Below, one piece after another: positions 19,335 to 29,375 of a stretch of DNA of 64,000 nucleotides. Position numbers and translations under genes: made by a program. This DNA is from Akkermansiaceae bacterium (GTDB taxonomy: Bacteria > Verrucomicrobiota > Verrucomicrobiia > Verrucomicrobiales > Akkermansiaceae), in assembly GCA_051251915.1 (NCBI GenBank), contig JBPOGF010000001.1, forward strand, positions 192,001 to 256,000. Direction: 5' to 3'. Each line of letters opens with the position of its first letter. Position 1 is the first letter of the stretch. Under the pieces are notes generated by a model. It did not search any database, was not told the DNA's origin, and worked only from the letters and a program-made list of their open reading frames with translations.

Positions 19335-22300
19335 ATGAAACCCATGCATATTCATCAAATAAACAGGAATGTAAGCCGCTTGCCATCGTTGATTTCAATG
19401 TCGAAAAGCATCAGTAAACCAGAGAGATCGGGGTTTGCGTTAATATCTACGATCACTATTATGCCGCTTTTGGCTATTATGGTGATCGCTATCTTGAATT
19501 TAAGTTCAGTGGAGGTGAGGTCTAGTAAGAGTAATTCACTTATGGAGGAGGCCCAGGCAAATGCAAGGGTTGCTCTGATGAATGCGATTGGTCAGTTGCA
19601 GCAACTTAGTGGTCAAGATACGCGGGTTACTGCTAGTTCTAGATTGATAGATGAGAGTAATGTGGCTGTTACTGGGGTTTGGCGAAGCTGGGAGGGTATG
19701 GATCATGATAGTGATGGCAAGCCAGTGATTGTTAATTACGATCTTAAGAAGCAGACTGGAGATTCTGAGGCTACACCAACTGATGCAGCAGGTGAAGGGC
19801 GCTTTTTGGGGTGGCTAGGGTCGACAAGTGCTACAGCTGATGTGAATGACCTGAGTGATTTCTCGAAGACAGAAGATGCCGATTTTATTGCTGTTTTGGG
19901 TGAAGGAAGCGCGGTGGATTCTGATGACTGGGTGTATGTAAAACCAACTTATATCAATAACTCAGAGGGAAGTATAGCGTGGTGGACTAGTGGAAATAAC
20001 ACGAAGGCGATGGTGAATGCTAAGCGTGAGGAAGCGCCAACTTCGATAGTGGATTGGCAGCAGCGCGTGCGTGCAGATGGCAGGGCTGACGCTGAGACAT
20101 TTGGGCTGGCTAAGATTAATGACCGTGGCGTGGGGGCTAGTGTTCCTAGTGTGGATTCACTTGAGCTGGTAGAATCAACGGTGGAGATTCGAAAATTTCA
20201 TGATTTAACAACGTTTAGTAGAGGTTTGATGACGAATACTGCGACGGGTGGCTGGAGAAGAGATCTTTCACTACTTTCTGAGCAGTTTGATGATTTACCA
20301 TCATCTGATCTACCCTCTCTCAATCTTGAACCAGGTGATGAACAGACATTTGTTAAAGCTCCGACTTCAGGTAAGCCTGCTAATGTGATGCTGTATCCGT
20401 GGGCTGGATACCGTAATGTTCATAGCGCGGCATGGGGTCAGGTTCCTCCAATTTGTTCATGGTCGGCATTAGTGGATTACGCTCTGCAGTATAAACAGCT
20501 TACGACATCTTCCGCGGCTAAGACGGGGATGGCTACTCATGTATCTGGGATTGGATCGAATGATCGCTATGATTTTCAGGAAAAGGTTCGTAGAGTGCCT
20601 CAGGTAGCCAGAATTCAGTGGGTATTCTCACTTTGTTCTAAGATTCAGGTGGGTGGCACTAATGATGGTAAATACAAAGCGGGGCTCATGCTGACTCCTG
20701 TTGTGACTCTTTGGAACCCTTATAATGTGGAGTTAACTTTGAGTGCTTATAGGATGAGAGTTAGAAGGGAAGGGATTGCGCCACTCAGGTATTCTTTTAA
20801 AGTTGGTACAAATACTTACCCTTTAACTTCATTATCACAGATCACGAATGGGGATATTTATCTTCGGATAAATGACTCCTTCACTTTAGCTCCAGGAGCT
20901 TGCCGTATATTTGGTTTGAATGATGGAGTGCCGCAAGATGGTGACAATTCACAGGTTAAGCTGGAGCCAGGATATATTCCTGGAGGGGGATACCGTTTTT
21001 ATGGTATAGATGGCGGGAGTGAAGTGTTTGCTGATGCTAGTGATGCGTTTAGTATTGAACAAGTGGCTTATAATGCGTCTAATGCTAAAAATGGAAGTAT
21101 TGGGATTTATTTTGATACTACGATTAATAATTCTTATACGTTAGCTCAACGTATGGGCTACAGTGAAGGTGATTTAGCTGGTGGTGGATCGAATATCGTT
21201 GAACAGCTTTACCCTTCACTTACTGAAACGATCGCTGTTGATAGGTTAGATGAGGTTGCAGACCAAGGTACTTTGGCATTTGCGAGTGCGATTTTCGGCT
21301 TCCGGATGGCGACACCAATTTCATCAGCACCAGAGCATGAGCATTTGTTTTCTAAAGGAATGTTACAGAGTAATCCCCTGAACTACTATGCTGAAGTGGG
21401 TAAGGAAGATACCGGATCTAATACTACATCAATGGCGGGATCAGGAGTGTTTCACCCAATCAATGCTCCTTATGATTTTGCGTTTTTGGATGTTCAAGGT
21501 TGGAACGATACGCGCTACATTCCTCAGTTTGATAGTTCGACTAATAGTGGATACATTGTTTCTGGGTTAACTGCAGGTGATGGTCTTACTCGTAGTGTCA
21601 TGGCGGAGTTGCCAACTAGGCCACTTCAGAGTTTAGCGCAGCTTCAGCATTTTGATGCTCGGAATAATAATCCGATCCCTCCATTTCAGTTTAATTTGAT
21701 TGGTAATGGTTCCGCGCATCCACTTTTTGCTCCTGATCAGTTTGAGATTTCTACAAGTGCGAATACGGGAATGATTAACGATGATACCTATTTGCTTAAC
21801 CACATGTTGTTCGATGATTGGTTTGTCTCATCGATTGCGCCTGATTTGAAAGATTTCGGGAAGTCTGAGGATAGAAGTTACGAGACGGTTTATAAAGATC
21901 ACGTTAATGGGACAACACCTTTACCTAACCGGTTTTATCTGCCATCTGACATAGCGGAGGAAGATGCGGTTGATAGTCATGTAGATACAGACACGAATTT
22001 ATACACTTATGCAACTATCGCTTCGCAGTTGGAAGTCGATGGGATGTTCAATATTAATTCTGTATCGCTTGAAGCATGGAAGGCTATTCTGAAGCATAGT
22101 CGAGATACTGAAGTTCCTTACTTAGCACCTAATGGAGCTACGGTTGCTGGGACTGCTACATCATATCCATATCCTAGAACTTCCATTGCTGGTGACCGGG
22201 CTGCTAATTCTGGTTCTACTGATTCAAATTCCACGAATAGCGGAGCTGCGCATTTTGCTGGTTATGCGGCGCTTTCTGATGAGCAGGTAGATGCGCTAGC

Positions 22301-22865
22301 TGAGGAGATAGTGAAGGAAATACGTAAGCGTGGGCCGTTTCTGTCGCTCTCTGAGTTTGTGAATCGTAGGCTTACGAGTGATAAAGATTTAGCGATAGCG
22401 AGTGCGATTCAGAAGGCGTTGGATAACTTATCAGATCTTGGGGTGTCACCAAAAAATCCATTTGCTGAAATTCAATCTAGAGCATTTGAAATCACATCAC
22501 AGCCTCCTGGAGTCACTGATTATAAGTTTCCTGAAGCGGCTCTTGGTTCATCGGCTTTTGGTGTGCCTGGGTGGATAAGGCAGGCGGATATTTTAACTCC
22601 TTTAGCTCCTATTATCACTGCTCGTGACGATAGCTTTACGATACGAGCTTATGGGGATGTTAGAGATCCATCTGATCCTACTCAGATTTTGGCTAAGGCA
22701 TGGTGTGAGGCTACTGTGAAGCGTACTGCGGAGTATGTTGATTCGGCTGCTGATGCGAGTGTGATAGCGCCTTACTCAACGGAGATGACATCTGAAGCAA
22801 ATAAACAGTATGGCAGACGTTATGTGATTGTCTCTTTCCGTTGGCTGAAAGAAGAGGAGATTTAG
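19335..22865 (+). CDS. Large PilX-like / Verru_Chthon cassette A-like protein with type IV pilin-type N-terminus
   Basis: RSGFALISTITIM...AQANARVAL..AIGQLQ..G.DTRVTA N-terminus; RGPFLSLSEFVNR, RQADIL..LAP..TARDDSFTIRAYGD, GRRY.IVSFRWL C-terminus. Confidence 0.75.
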   Translation: MKPMHIHQINRNVSRLPSLISMSKSISKPERSGFALISTITIMPLLAIMVIAILNLSSVEVRSSKSNSLMEEAQANARVALMNAIGQLQQLSGQDTRVTASSRLIDESNVAVTGVWRSWEGMDHDSDGKPVIVNYDLKKQTGDSEATPTDAAGEGRFLGWLGSTSATADVNDLSDFSKTEDADFIAVLGEGSAVDSDDWVYVKPTYINNSEGSIAWWTSGNNTKAMVNAKREEAPTSIVDWQQRVRADGRADAETFGLAKINDRGVGASVPSVDSLELVESTVEIRKFHDLTTFSRGLMTNTATGGWRRDLSLLSEQFDDLPSSDLPSLNLEPGDEQTFVKAPTSGKPANVMLYPWAGYRNVHSAAWGQVPPICSWSALVDYALQYKQLTTSSAAKTGMATHVSGIGSNDRYDFQEKVRRVPQVARIQWVFSLCSKIQVGGTNDGKYKAGLMLTPVVTLWNPYNVELTLSAYRMRVRREGIAPLRYSFKVGTNTYPLTSLSQITNGDIYLRINDSFTLAPGACRIFGLNDGVPQDGDNSQVKLEPGYIPGGGYRFYGIDGGSEVFADASDAFSIEQVAYNASNAKNGSIGIYFDTTINNSYTLAQRMGYSEGDLAGGGSNIVEQLYPSLTETIAVDRLDEVADQGTLAFASAIFGFRMATPISSAPEHEHLFSKGMLQSNPLNYYAEVGKEDTGSNTTSMAGSGVFHPINAPYDFAFLDVQGWNDTRYIPQFDSSTNSGYIVSGLTAGDGLTRSVMAELPTRPLQSLAQLQHFDARNNNPIPPFQFNLIGNGSAHPLFAPDQFEISTSANTGMINDDTYLLNHMLFDDWFVSSIAPDLKDFGKSEDRSYETVYKDHVNGTTPLPNRFYLPSDIAEEDAVDSHVDTDTNLYTYATIASQLEVDGMFNINSVSLEAWKAILKHSRDTEVPYLAPNGATVAGTATSYPYPRTSIAGDRAANSGSTDSNSTNSGAAHFAGYAALSDEQVDALAEEIVKEIRKRGPFLSLSEFVNRRLTSDKDLAIASAIQKALDNLSDLGVSPKNPFAEIQSRAFEITSQPPGVTDYKFPEAALGSSAFGVPGWIRQADILTPLAPIITARDDSFTIRAYGDVRDPSDPTQILAKAWCEATVKRTAEYVDSAADASVIAPYSTEMTSEANKQYGRRYVIVSFRWLKEEEI

Positions 22866-22923
22866 TAGTATTAAATCTTGAAGAAAATTACCTCTAGCTC
22901 AGTATTCACTACATTCCTATTTT

Positions 22924-23613
22924 ATGACCAAATTATTTATCATCCTTGCTTCTTTTGCTCTTTCTTTACCATTGTTCTCTGCTCGCACGGTGCGGACTAT
23001 ATTCATCCAGGCTCCGCGAAATGCACCTAAAGAAGCTGTTCTGTTTACAGGGCAGGAGTCGGTTTCAGTGAGGCTTCCTGGTAGGAATTTATCTCCTGCA
23101 GAGAAACTGCCGAGTGGGGCTTTACAGCTTGCTATTTTGACGAGTGAGCCAGTAGAAGGGGAGGAGATCCCTGGTGGTGCTCCGAAGGTGTTTATTCCGG
23201 AAGATTGGAAAAGGGTGATTTTGGTGTTTGTTCCAGCGCCTAAGAATAAGGTTTTTCCTGCTAAGGTTATTGCGATTAATGCGTCTAAAGGCCAATTTGC
23301 AATGGGGGATACTATGGTTTACAACTTGACGAGGAGTGTGTTCATGGGCAAGTTTGGCAAGAATGCATTGAGAGTGAATCCGATGAAGTCTGGAATGGTA
23401 GCGGCTCCACGGAATGATGCTGGTGCTTATCCAGTTGCGATTGACTGTATTTTACGTGGTGCAAAAGAGCGCTCGGTGATCTGCCGAACGAACTGGATGC
23501 ATAATCCAAAGGCGCGCCAGATTTTGTTCGTGGCACCTTCACCTGGCCAAGATTTACCACGTGTGTGGGGAGTTCTGGATAGGACGAAGGATGGGGTTGA
23601 GGAAGTGGAGTGA
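22924..23613 (+). CDS. Exported hypothetical protein co-transcribed with the PilX-like gene
   Basis: 229 aa with signal peptide, 58 bp downstream on the same strand. Confidence 0.7.
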   Translation: MTKLFIILASFALSLPLFSARTVRTIFIQAPRNAPKEAVLFTGQESVSVRLPGRNLSPAEKLPSGALQLAILTSEPVEGEEIPGGAPKVFIPEDWKRVILVFVPAPKNKVFPAKVIAINASKGQFAMGDTMVYNLTRSVFMGKFGKNALRVNPMKSGMVAAPRNDAGAYPVAIDCILRGAKERSVICRTNWMHNPKARQILFVAPSPGQDLPRVWGVLDRTKDGVEEVE

Positions 23614-23630
23614 AGCTTAGGGGGGAGATG

Positions 23631-24875
23631 CTAAGATTTTCTGGTTAGCACTGCTGCGTATGCTCCATCTGTGTGGTGCTCGAAGGGGTAGATTTGTTGT
23701 TCCTTTGTGAGCTCGAATTCTGAGTGGGTGGTTAGGAAGTGTTGGACTAGTTCAGTGTTTTCTTCGGCATCGATGGAGCAGGTAGAGTAGACTATTCTTC
23801 CGCCTACTTTCACACAAGGAAGTGCGTTTTCTAGGATGTTGAGTTGGAGTTCGCGTAGTTGGACAAAGGTGTCTGGGGTGATTCTCCAGCGGGCGTCGAT
23901 GCGTTTACGTAGGACTCCTGTGTTAGAGCAGGGGACGTCTAAGAGAATGCCGTCGAAATGATCGTGCCATTTTTCTGGGGCGGGTTCGGTCCAGTCGAAT
24001 ACTTCGGTCTCTGCGATTTTAACGTTGAGGTTATCTAGGTTTTCTAGAAGGCGAGGGATGCGTTTTGGGTTTGAGTCGGTGCAGATTAGGTTGCCATTGT
24101 TAGACATGGCTGCGGCGATCTGGGTGGACTTGCCTCCTGGTGCGGCGCAGGCGTCTAGGATGGTTTCTCCTGCTTGTGGGGCTAGGAGGTTTACTGCGTG
24201 CTGGGTGGCTGGGTCTTGGATGTAGATGTATCCTTGGTCCATCCACTCGTGTTTGGGGAGCTTGATGGAGGTGTAGAATTCTGGGTGAGTTTCTAGTTGC
24301 TCGGCATTTGGTGAGTTGCTGACGATGTCGTGAGCTTCTGGGACAAGGGGGTTGATTCTGAAAGTGAGTTTAGTGGGGGTTTGGTTCCACTCTAACAGGT
24401 CTAATACTTGCTGGGGAGTGAAGGATTTAGCCCAGTGCTCACAGAGCCATTTGGGGTGGGAAAACTGAATCTGTAGAGGTAAGTTTTTGACATTTTCTAG
24501 GAGTTCTTCCTTTTCACGGAGTGCGCGCCTGAGGACTGCATTTACGAGCCCACGTAGTCCTTTACGGGTGCTTTCTACGGTTTCATTTACTGCGGCGTGG
24601 TCTGCGATTCCCATGAAGAGGATTTGGAAGATGCCGATGCGGAGGACGTTTCGGAGTTCCATGTCTATTTTTCCTTCACGGAGTTGTGAGATGAAGTGAT
24701 CTAATAGACTTTGGTTGCGGATTACGCCTAGGACGAGTGCGTTTAGGAGGTTTCTATCCTCTGGGGAGAGTTCTTCTTCACGCTGCCATCGGTTGACTAG
24801 GCTGTCAGCATAGTCTTTGCCTTCTTGCCAGTATTCGAGGATGTCCGCTGCATGGGTTCTGATATTGATAGCCAC
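23631..24875 (-). CDS. rsmB: 16S rRNA m5C967 methyltransferase RsmB/Sun (with NusB-like domain)
   Basis: HAAVNETV, VNAVLR, LDACAAPGGKS, LLDVPCSNTG, YSTCSI. Confidence 0.92.
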   Translation of the reverse strand: MAINIRTHAADILEYWQEGKDYADSLVNRWQREEELSPEDRNLLNALVLGVIRNQSLLDHFISQLREGKIDMELRNVLRIGIFQILFMGIADHAAVNETVESTRKGLRGLVNAVLRRALREKEELLENVKNLPLQIQFSHPKWLCEHWAKSFTPQQVLDLLEWNQTPTKLTFRINPLVPEAHDIVSNSPNAEQLETHPEFYTSIKLPKHEWMDQGYIYIQDPATQHAVNLLAPQAGETILDACAAPGGKSTQIAAAMSNNGNLICTDSNPKRIPRLLENLDNLNVKIAETEVFDWTEPAPEKWHDHFDGILLDVPCSNTGVLRKRIDARWRITPDTFVQLRELQLNILENALPCVKVGGRIVYSTCSIDAEENTELVQHFLTTHSEFELTKEQQIYPFEHHTDGAYAAVLTRKS

Positions 24876-24896
24876 AAGTGTGTATTAAGGTGTGAT

Positions 24897-25970
24897 TTAC
24901 TTCAGCTCGGGTGGGAGCTTGTTGATGAGTTTTTTGATGTCATCTGCTTGGTGGCGGTTTGCCACGAGAATGGAGTCGTCGGTTTGGACGATGATGAGGT
25001 CATCGACTCCTAGTAAGGCGACTTGGGTGTCTTGTGATTTGGTGAAGACGATATTGTTTTGACTGTCGATTTCAACCAATGGGGAGTTTGTCGTGTTGTT
25101 GTCGGTTTTTTGATCGAGATATTTTGAAACGGAGATCCATGAGCCTACGTCATCCCAGTCGAAGGTGGCTTCGATATTGAGCACGCGAGTGGCATTTTCC
25201 ATTAGGGCGTAGTCGATGGAGATGGAGTCTAGTTCAGGGAATTGAGCATCGACGGTGGCTTGGACATTGTTGGATTGGCGGATTTCGGTGATGAATTTAG
25301 CTAGTTGTGGTGTGTGGCGGGTGAGTTCATTGAGGACGGTAGGTACTGACCAGATAAACATGCCTGCATTCCACGCGAAGTTTCCTTGTCTGAGGAATTG
25401 TTCTGCAAGTTGTGGGTTTGGTTTTTCACGGAATTTGACTACTTCGTGAGGTGAGTGGGTGAGGTTGAGTCCTGTGATGGTGGCTTTTTTGCCGCGCTCG
25501 ATGTAGCCAAATGAAGGGCATGCCCAGGTGGGTTTGATGCCGATGGTTACGAGAGCGTCAGTGTTAGCGGCTGTTTCGATAGCGTCTCTCATCACGTTGT
25601 GAAACTCAGCGACGTCATGGATGAGTTGATCAGCGGGGAGGACTACCATGGTGGCTTCTGGGTCGCGGGCTGCGATGAGTCCGGCACCTAGGGCGACGGC
25701 AGGTGCTGTGTCGCGCTTGGCTGGCTCTGCAAAAATATTTTCAGCGGGTAGTTCTGATGCGACTTCTCTAACAGCGGCTTCTTGTAGTTTGTTGGTTAGA
25801 ATAAGGATGTTTTCTTTTGGGATAAGTCCAGTGAGTCTATCGATCGTTTGATTGAGCAGAGTGGTGTCTCCGAAGAGATTGAGTAGTTGTTTAGGCCTCG
25901 CGTCACGCGAAAGGGGCCAAAAGCGAGTTCCGCTGCCACCAGCGAGGATGAGTGCATAAGTTTGTGCCAT
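24897..25970 (-). CDS. manC: Mannose-1-phosphate guanylyltransferase
   Basis: ILAGGSGTRFWPLSR..PKQ, EPAKRDTAPA, FREKP, WNAGMF, SIDYA, WDDVGSW. Confidence 0.9.
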   Translation of the reverse strand: MAQTYALILAGGSGTRFWPLSRDARPKQLLNLFGDTTLLNQTIDRLTGLIPKENILILTNKLQEAAVREVASELPAENIFAEPAKRDTAPAVALGAGLIAARDPEATMVVLPADQLIHDVAEFHNVMRDAIETAANTDALVTIGIKPTWACPSFGYIERGKKATITGLNLTHSPHEVVKFREKPNPQLAEQFLRQGNFAWNAGMFIWSVPTVLNELTRHTPQLAKFITEIRQSNNVQATVDAQFPELDSISIDYALMENATRVLNIEATFDWDDVGSWISVSKYLDQKTDNNTTNSPLVEIDSQNNIVFTKSQDTQVALLGVDDLIIVQTDDSILVANRHQADDIKKLINKLPPELK

Positions 25971-26062
25971 GGGCAGACGATGACATGATTGTGATGAAGG
26001 AAAAGTAATAAAAGGTAAAGAATTTGGTTTTTTTATTCTCTAAAATAAGTTTTAATCCAGTT

Positions 26063-26395
26063 ATGGAATACGCACACCCTGAAGTCAGGAAAAATTGGAA
26101 GGAAATGTCATCTGCCGCAGCTCCTAGCGTACTAGGTGTAGCAGCTGGGATATTGTTAGGTGACATGATGCATCGTGGGGCTAGAAGACCAGTCGCATTT
26201 TCACTCGCATGTCTTGGAATGCTAGCTGTGACACCTACTGTTGTGGGTGCAGTGAAGAATAAGGTAGCAGGTCCACAGACTGTTCGCGGTAGCCGCAGAA
26301 CTTTAGATAGTATCAGAAATGCTGGTATGCTTGATGAAAAAACTGCCACTAGTTATCTCGGTGAAGATATGGAAGAAGGCATGTACATTGGTTAA
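26063..26395 (+). CDS. Hypothetical membrane protein
   Basis: ORF with two hydrophobic segments; start placed at MEYAHP. Confidence 0.6.
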   Translation: MEYAHPEVRKNWKEMSSAAAPSVLGVAAGILLGDMMHRGARRPVAFSLACLGMLAVTPTVVGAVKNKVAGPQTVRGSRRTLDSIRNAGMLDEKTATSYLGEDMEEGMYIG

Positions 26396-26426
26396 TTTGA
26401 TCTAACAGGATTCGATCCAATCATTC

Positions 26427-26458
26427 AGCCGTTATGTCTACACATGGCGGCTTTTTTT
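26427..26458 (+). terminator. Intrinsic terminator-like hairpin abutting the rfbD start
   Basis: agccgttatgt-cta-cacatggcggct followed by a T-run. Confidence 0.55.
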
Positions 26459-27349
26459 ATGAAAAAAATAGTTATCACTGGTGCGAAGGGATTATTGGGT
26501 GAGGCGTGTTGCCGGTTGCTGGCTGAAGATTATGAGGTGATTTCTCTGACGAGAGCGGAGGTGGACCTTGCGGACAGAGGGAAGTTATCTGAGTTGTTAG
26601 ATCGTATTGATTTTGATTTCTTGATCAACACTGCGGCGATGTCTGGGCTGGAGCAGTGCTTGGGGCAGCCAGAACTGGCGCAGAAGGTGAATACTGAAGC
26701 ACCACGGGTGATGGCTGAGATCTGTCAGCAAAAAGGAGCTAAGATGATGCAGGTGAGTACGGACTATGTGTTAGATGGGAGGGAGGATGTGTTTCATGTG
26801 GAAACATCTGGCACGAGAGGAAGTGGGGTTTATTCTAAGACTAAGTTAGCGGCGGAGCAGGTGGTGGCGGCTGCTTGTGAGAATAGTGTGATTGTTAGAG
26901 TTAGTTGGCTGTTTGGTCATGGGCGAGAAACGTTTGTGGATCAGGTATTGAATACGGCACTTGCTGGTGAGTGTGGATGTTATATTGGTGATAAGTTTTC
27001 TGTGCCAAACTTTAGTGATTTTTTAGTTCCGGTTATGTGCGATCTGTTAGAGTCTGATCTTAGTGGAGTAGTGCATTTGACTAGTGATAGTAGGGCTGAA
27101 AGTTGGTTTAGCTATGCTGAAAAAATCATACGAATTGCAATAAATTTAGGCATCTTGAATGATAATTCGAACGGGCTGGAACAAAATAGTTTAGGAGATA
27201 ATCCATATTTCAAGGAAGAGCGCCCAAGATACACGGTGATGCGACCTAAGCGTTTATCAGAGGAGTTAAATGTAGAGGTAAGGAATTGGGAAGACGGGTT
27301 AAGAGTCTATTTACAGCAAAAATCCGAAAATTCTTTGACCAATAAGTGA
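26459..27349 (+). CDS. rfbD: dTDP-4-dehydrorhamnose reductase
   Basis: ITGAKGLLG, NTAA, VSTDYV.DG, YSKTK..AE, RVSWLFG. Confidence 0.88.
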   Translation: MKKIVITGAKGLLGEACCRLLAEDYEVISLTRAEVDLADRGKLSELLDRIDFDFLINTAAMSGLEQCLGQPELAQKVNTEAPRVMAEICQQKGAKMMQVSTDYVLDGREDVFHVETSGTRGSGVYSKTKLAAEQVVAAACENSVIVRVSWLFGHGRETFVDQVLNTALAGECGCYIGDKFSVPNFSDFLVPVMCDLLESDLSGVVHLTSDSRAESWFSYAEKIIRIAINLGILNDNSNGLEQNSLGDNPYFKEERPRYTVMRPKRLSEELNVEVRNWEDGLRVYLQQKSENSLTNK

Positions 27350-27364
27350 TTCTATAGCATAAGT

Positions 27365-28108
27365 GTGTTGATGAAAATTTTAAGAAATCTTCCTACATTT
27401 GCGCTTCCTCTGGTTGGAGCGTCATCCGTCCTGCTTACTAGTTGCGGGGCATTGGATAAGCTCAATCAGCCTTTAAGTGATACAGGATACAATCCTCTGG
27501 ATAAGCCTGGTATGAGATCAAGCAGTTCTTCATCTGCGATGGGTGCTGGTGGTTCTCAGTCTTTGGTTAATTCAAACGATCATGGGTTCAATAATGGTGA
27601 CATTGTTGAGGTGGTGATACCTAATACGGCGTTATTTGCTAAAGTTCCTAAAGCTGGTGACCGTTATAAAAAAGTCCTCAATGTGGGTGACTCTCTTCGT
27701 GTTATTGGTGGTGAAAAAGACTTTATTCAAGTTGTGACAGAAAGTGGTGACACTGGTTATGTTTCTAGTGTGATGGTGGTGACTCAAGGGTTCTTGACGA
27801 ATAGTGGTCCTATCGATCCTAACGTGACTGCGGTGGGAGCTAATGAGACACCGATCGTCCCGGACGTGGCTCCTGATCCAGTGGTTCAGGGAATAGGTTC
27901 ACCAGACGCAGCACCTGGAATAGCACCAGCACCAGTGCCTAGTATTACAGCTCCGGTTCCTGTGGATCCTGATCCAGGTCTTATCGTTCCTGATGTGCCT
28001 GATGCACCATTGGTTCCTGCTCCTATTGTGCCAGATCCGACACCAGTAGTGCCTAGTCTTCCTGACGCGCCTGCTCCAGAGCCTTCTAGTCCTGGGATTT
28101 CAGAGTAG
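27365..28108 (+). CDS. Lipoprotein with SH3-like domain and Pro-rich tail
   Basis: Lipobox LLTSC; L.VGDSLRVIG..DFIQVVTESGDTGYVSS; P/V/D-rich C-terminus. Confidence 0.7.
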   Translation: MLMKILRNLPTFALPLVGASSVLLTSCGALDKLNQPLSDTGYNPLDKPGMRSSSSSSAMGAGGSQSLVNSNDHGFNNGDIVEVVIPNTALFAKVPKAGDRYKKVLNVGDSLRVIGGEKDFIQVVTESGDTGYVSSVMVVTQGFLTNSGPIDPNVTAVGANETPIVPDVAPDPVVQGIGSPDAAPGIAPAPVPSITAPVPVDPDPGLIVPDVPDAPLVPAPIVPDPTPVVPSLPDAPAPEPSSPGISE

Positions 28109-28142
28109 TTTTTTACTCTCTGATACTTCAACGTTTTATAGA

Positions 28143-28184
28143 GCTTTAACATGTCATCAGTTGTGATGTGTTAAGGCTTTTTTT
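28143..28184 (+). terminator. Intrinsic terminator
   Basis: gctttaacatgtca...tgatgtgttaaggc followed by a T-run, between convergent genes. Confidence 0.6.
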
Positions 28185-28200
28185 GTGTCCGAAGTGTGGT

Positions 28201-28893
28201 CTAAAACTCGTTGCCTGACTCGCGGTATGAGTAGTAGGGGTCTTTGCCGTCGATGGACTGGCCGATGATGATGTGGTCTACAAACCTTACTTGCATGAGG
28301 TCTGCGGCTTGGATGATGCGGCGGGTCATTTCGTCGTCTGCGCGGCTGGGGCTGGGGTCGCCTGAGGGGTGATTGTGGACGAGGACGAAGCCGTAGGCTT
28401 GGCTGTTGATGACTGGGCGGAGGACGTCTCGTGGGTGGCAGGTGGTTTGGTTTACGGTGCCTTGGGAGATGGTGACGGTGCGGATGTGGCAGAGTCTGGT
28501 GTCTGCGAGCATGACGTGGAGGCTCTCGGTGGTTTGGGTCCTGAGCTGTGGGACCATGGCGTTGTAGATGTTTTGGGGGGAGTTGATGGGGGAGGAAATG
28601 ACTGATTCACGGGCGATGCGTGAGGCTATTTCGAAGGAGGCGCAGAGTTGGGCGGCTTTGGCTAGACCTAGGCCGTATTCTTTGGCTAGATCAGAGAGTT
28701 CTAGGCGGCTTAGCTGGCTGAGGTTGCCGTAGGTGTCTAGTAGGCGTTTGCCAATTTCGATGGCGCTTTGTCCTTTGACTCCGACGCGGAGGAAGATGGC
28801 GAGGAGTTCGGCATCGCTTAATGAGCCCGCCCCAAGTTTAGCTAGCTTTTCTCTAGGCCGCTCATCTTGGGGGAGGTCATTGATGTTGCTCAT
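28201..28893 (-). CDS. radC: RadC/JAB-domain (UPF0758) protein
   Basis: ERPREKL..GAGSLSDAELLAIFL, HPRDV, HNHPSGDPSPSRADD, DHIII; true start MSNINDLP overlaps the ispF stop (ATGA). Confidence 0.92.
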   Translation of the reverse strand: MSNINDLPQDERPREKLAKLGAGSLSDAELLAIFLRVGVKGQSAIEIGKRLLDTYGNLSQLSRLELSDLAKEYGLGLAKAAQLCASFEIASRIARESVISSPINSPQNIYNAMVPQLRTQTTESLHVMLADTRLCHIRTVTISQGTVNQTTCHPRDVLRPVINSQAYGFVLVHNHPSGDPSPSRADDEMTRRIIQAADLMQVRFVDHIIIGQSIDGKDPYYSYRESGNEF

Positions 28894-29369
28894 GTGATGA
28901 CTATGCAGGTGGTCGCCATGGCGGCGATGCCTTCTTTCCTTCCTACAAATCCCATGGTTTCGTTTGTTGTGGCTTTGACGCCTACTTGTCCTGGTGTGAT
29001 GCCGAGAGCTTGTGATATGTTGGCTTTCATCTCTGTGAGGTGGGGCATGATTTTGGGTTGTTCGGCCACTAGTGCAGAGTCTACGTTTTGGATCTCTGCG
29101 TTGTGTTCTTCTGCGAGTTCGCGACATTTCTTGAGGATGTCTAGTGAACAGATGCCTTCGATGCTCATGTCATCTGGTGGGAAGTAATAGCCTATATCTG
29201 GTAGGCCAAGTGCTCCGAGAATGGCGTCTGCGATGGCGTGGCAGAGGACGTCTGCATCTGAGTGACCTAGGAGGCCGAGCTCAGCGGGGATGTCTACGCC
29301 GCCAAGGATGCATTTTCTGTTGGGTGCAAACTGGTGTACATCGTATCCTATTCCTGTCCGTATTTTCAT
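28890..29369 (-). CDS. ispF: 2-C-methyl-D-erythritol 2,4-cyclodiphosphate synthase
   Basis: GIGYDVH, GHSDADVLCHA, DIG..FP, KATTNETMGFVGRKEG. Confidence 0.96.
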   Translation of the reverse strand: MKIRTGIGYDVHQFAPNRKCILGGVDIPAELGLLGHSDADVLCHAIADAILGALGLPDIGYYFPPDDMSIEGICSLDILKKCRELAEEHNAEIQNVDSALVAEQPKIMPHLTEMKANISQALGITPGQVGVKATTNETMGFVGRKEGIAAMATTCIVIT

Positions 29370-29375
29370 GGTGAC

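Noticed and set aside
19250..19335. Riboswitch (c-di-GMP-like gcaaacc) upstream of the PilX-like gene
   Set aside because: Only a weak, imperfect stem is present and the rest of the consensus is missing; an Infernal search would be needed.
28894..29127. 78-aa N-terminal extension of RadC
   Set aside because: It overlaps ispF in another frame; the true start at 28893 forms an ATGA overlap.
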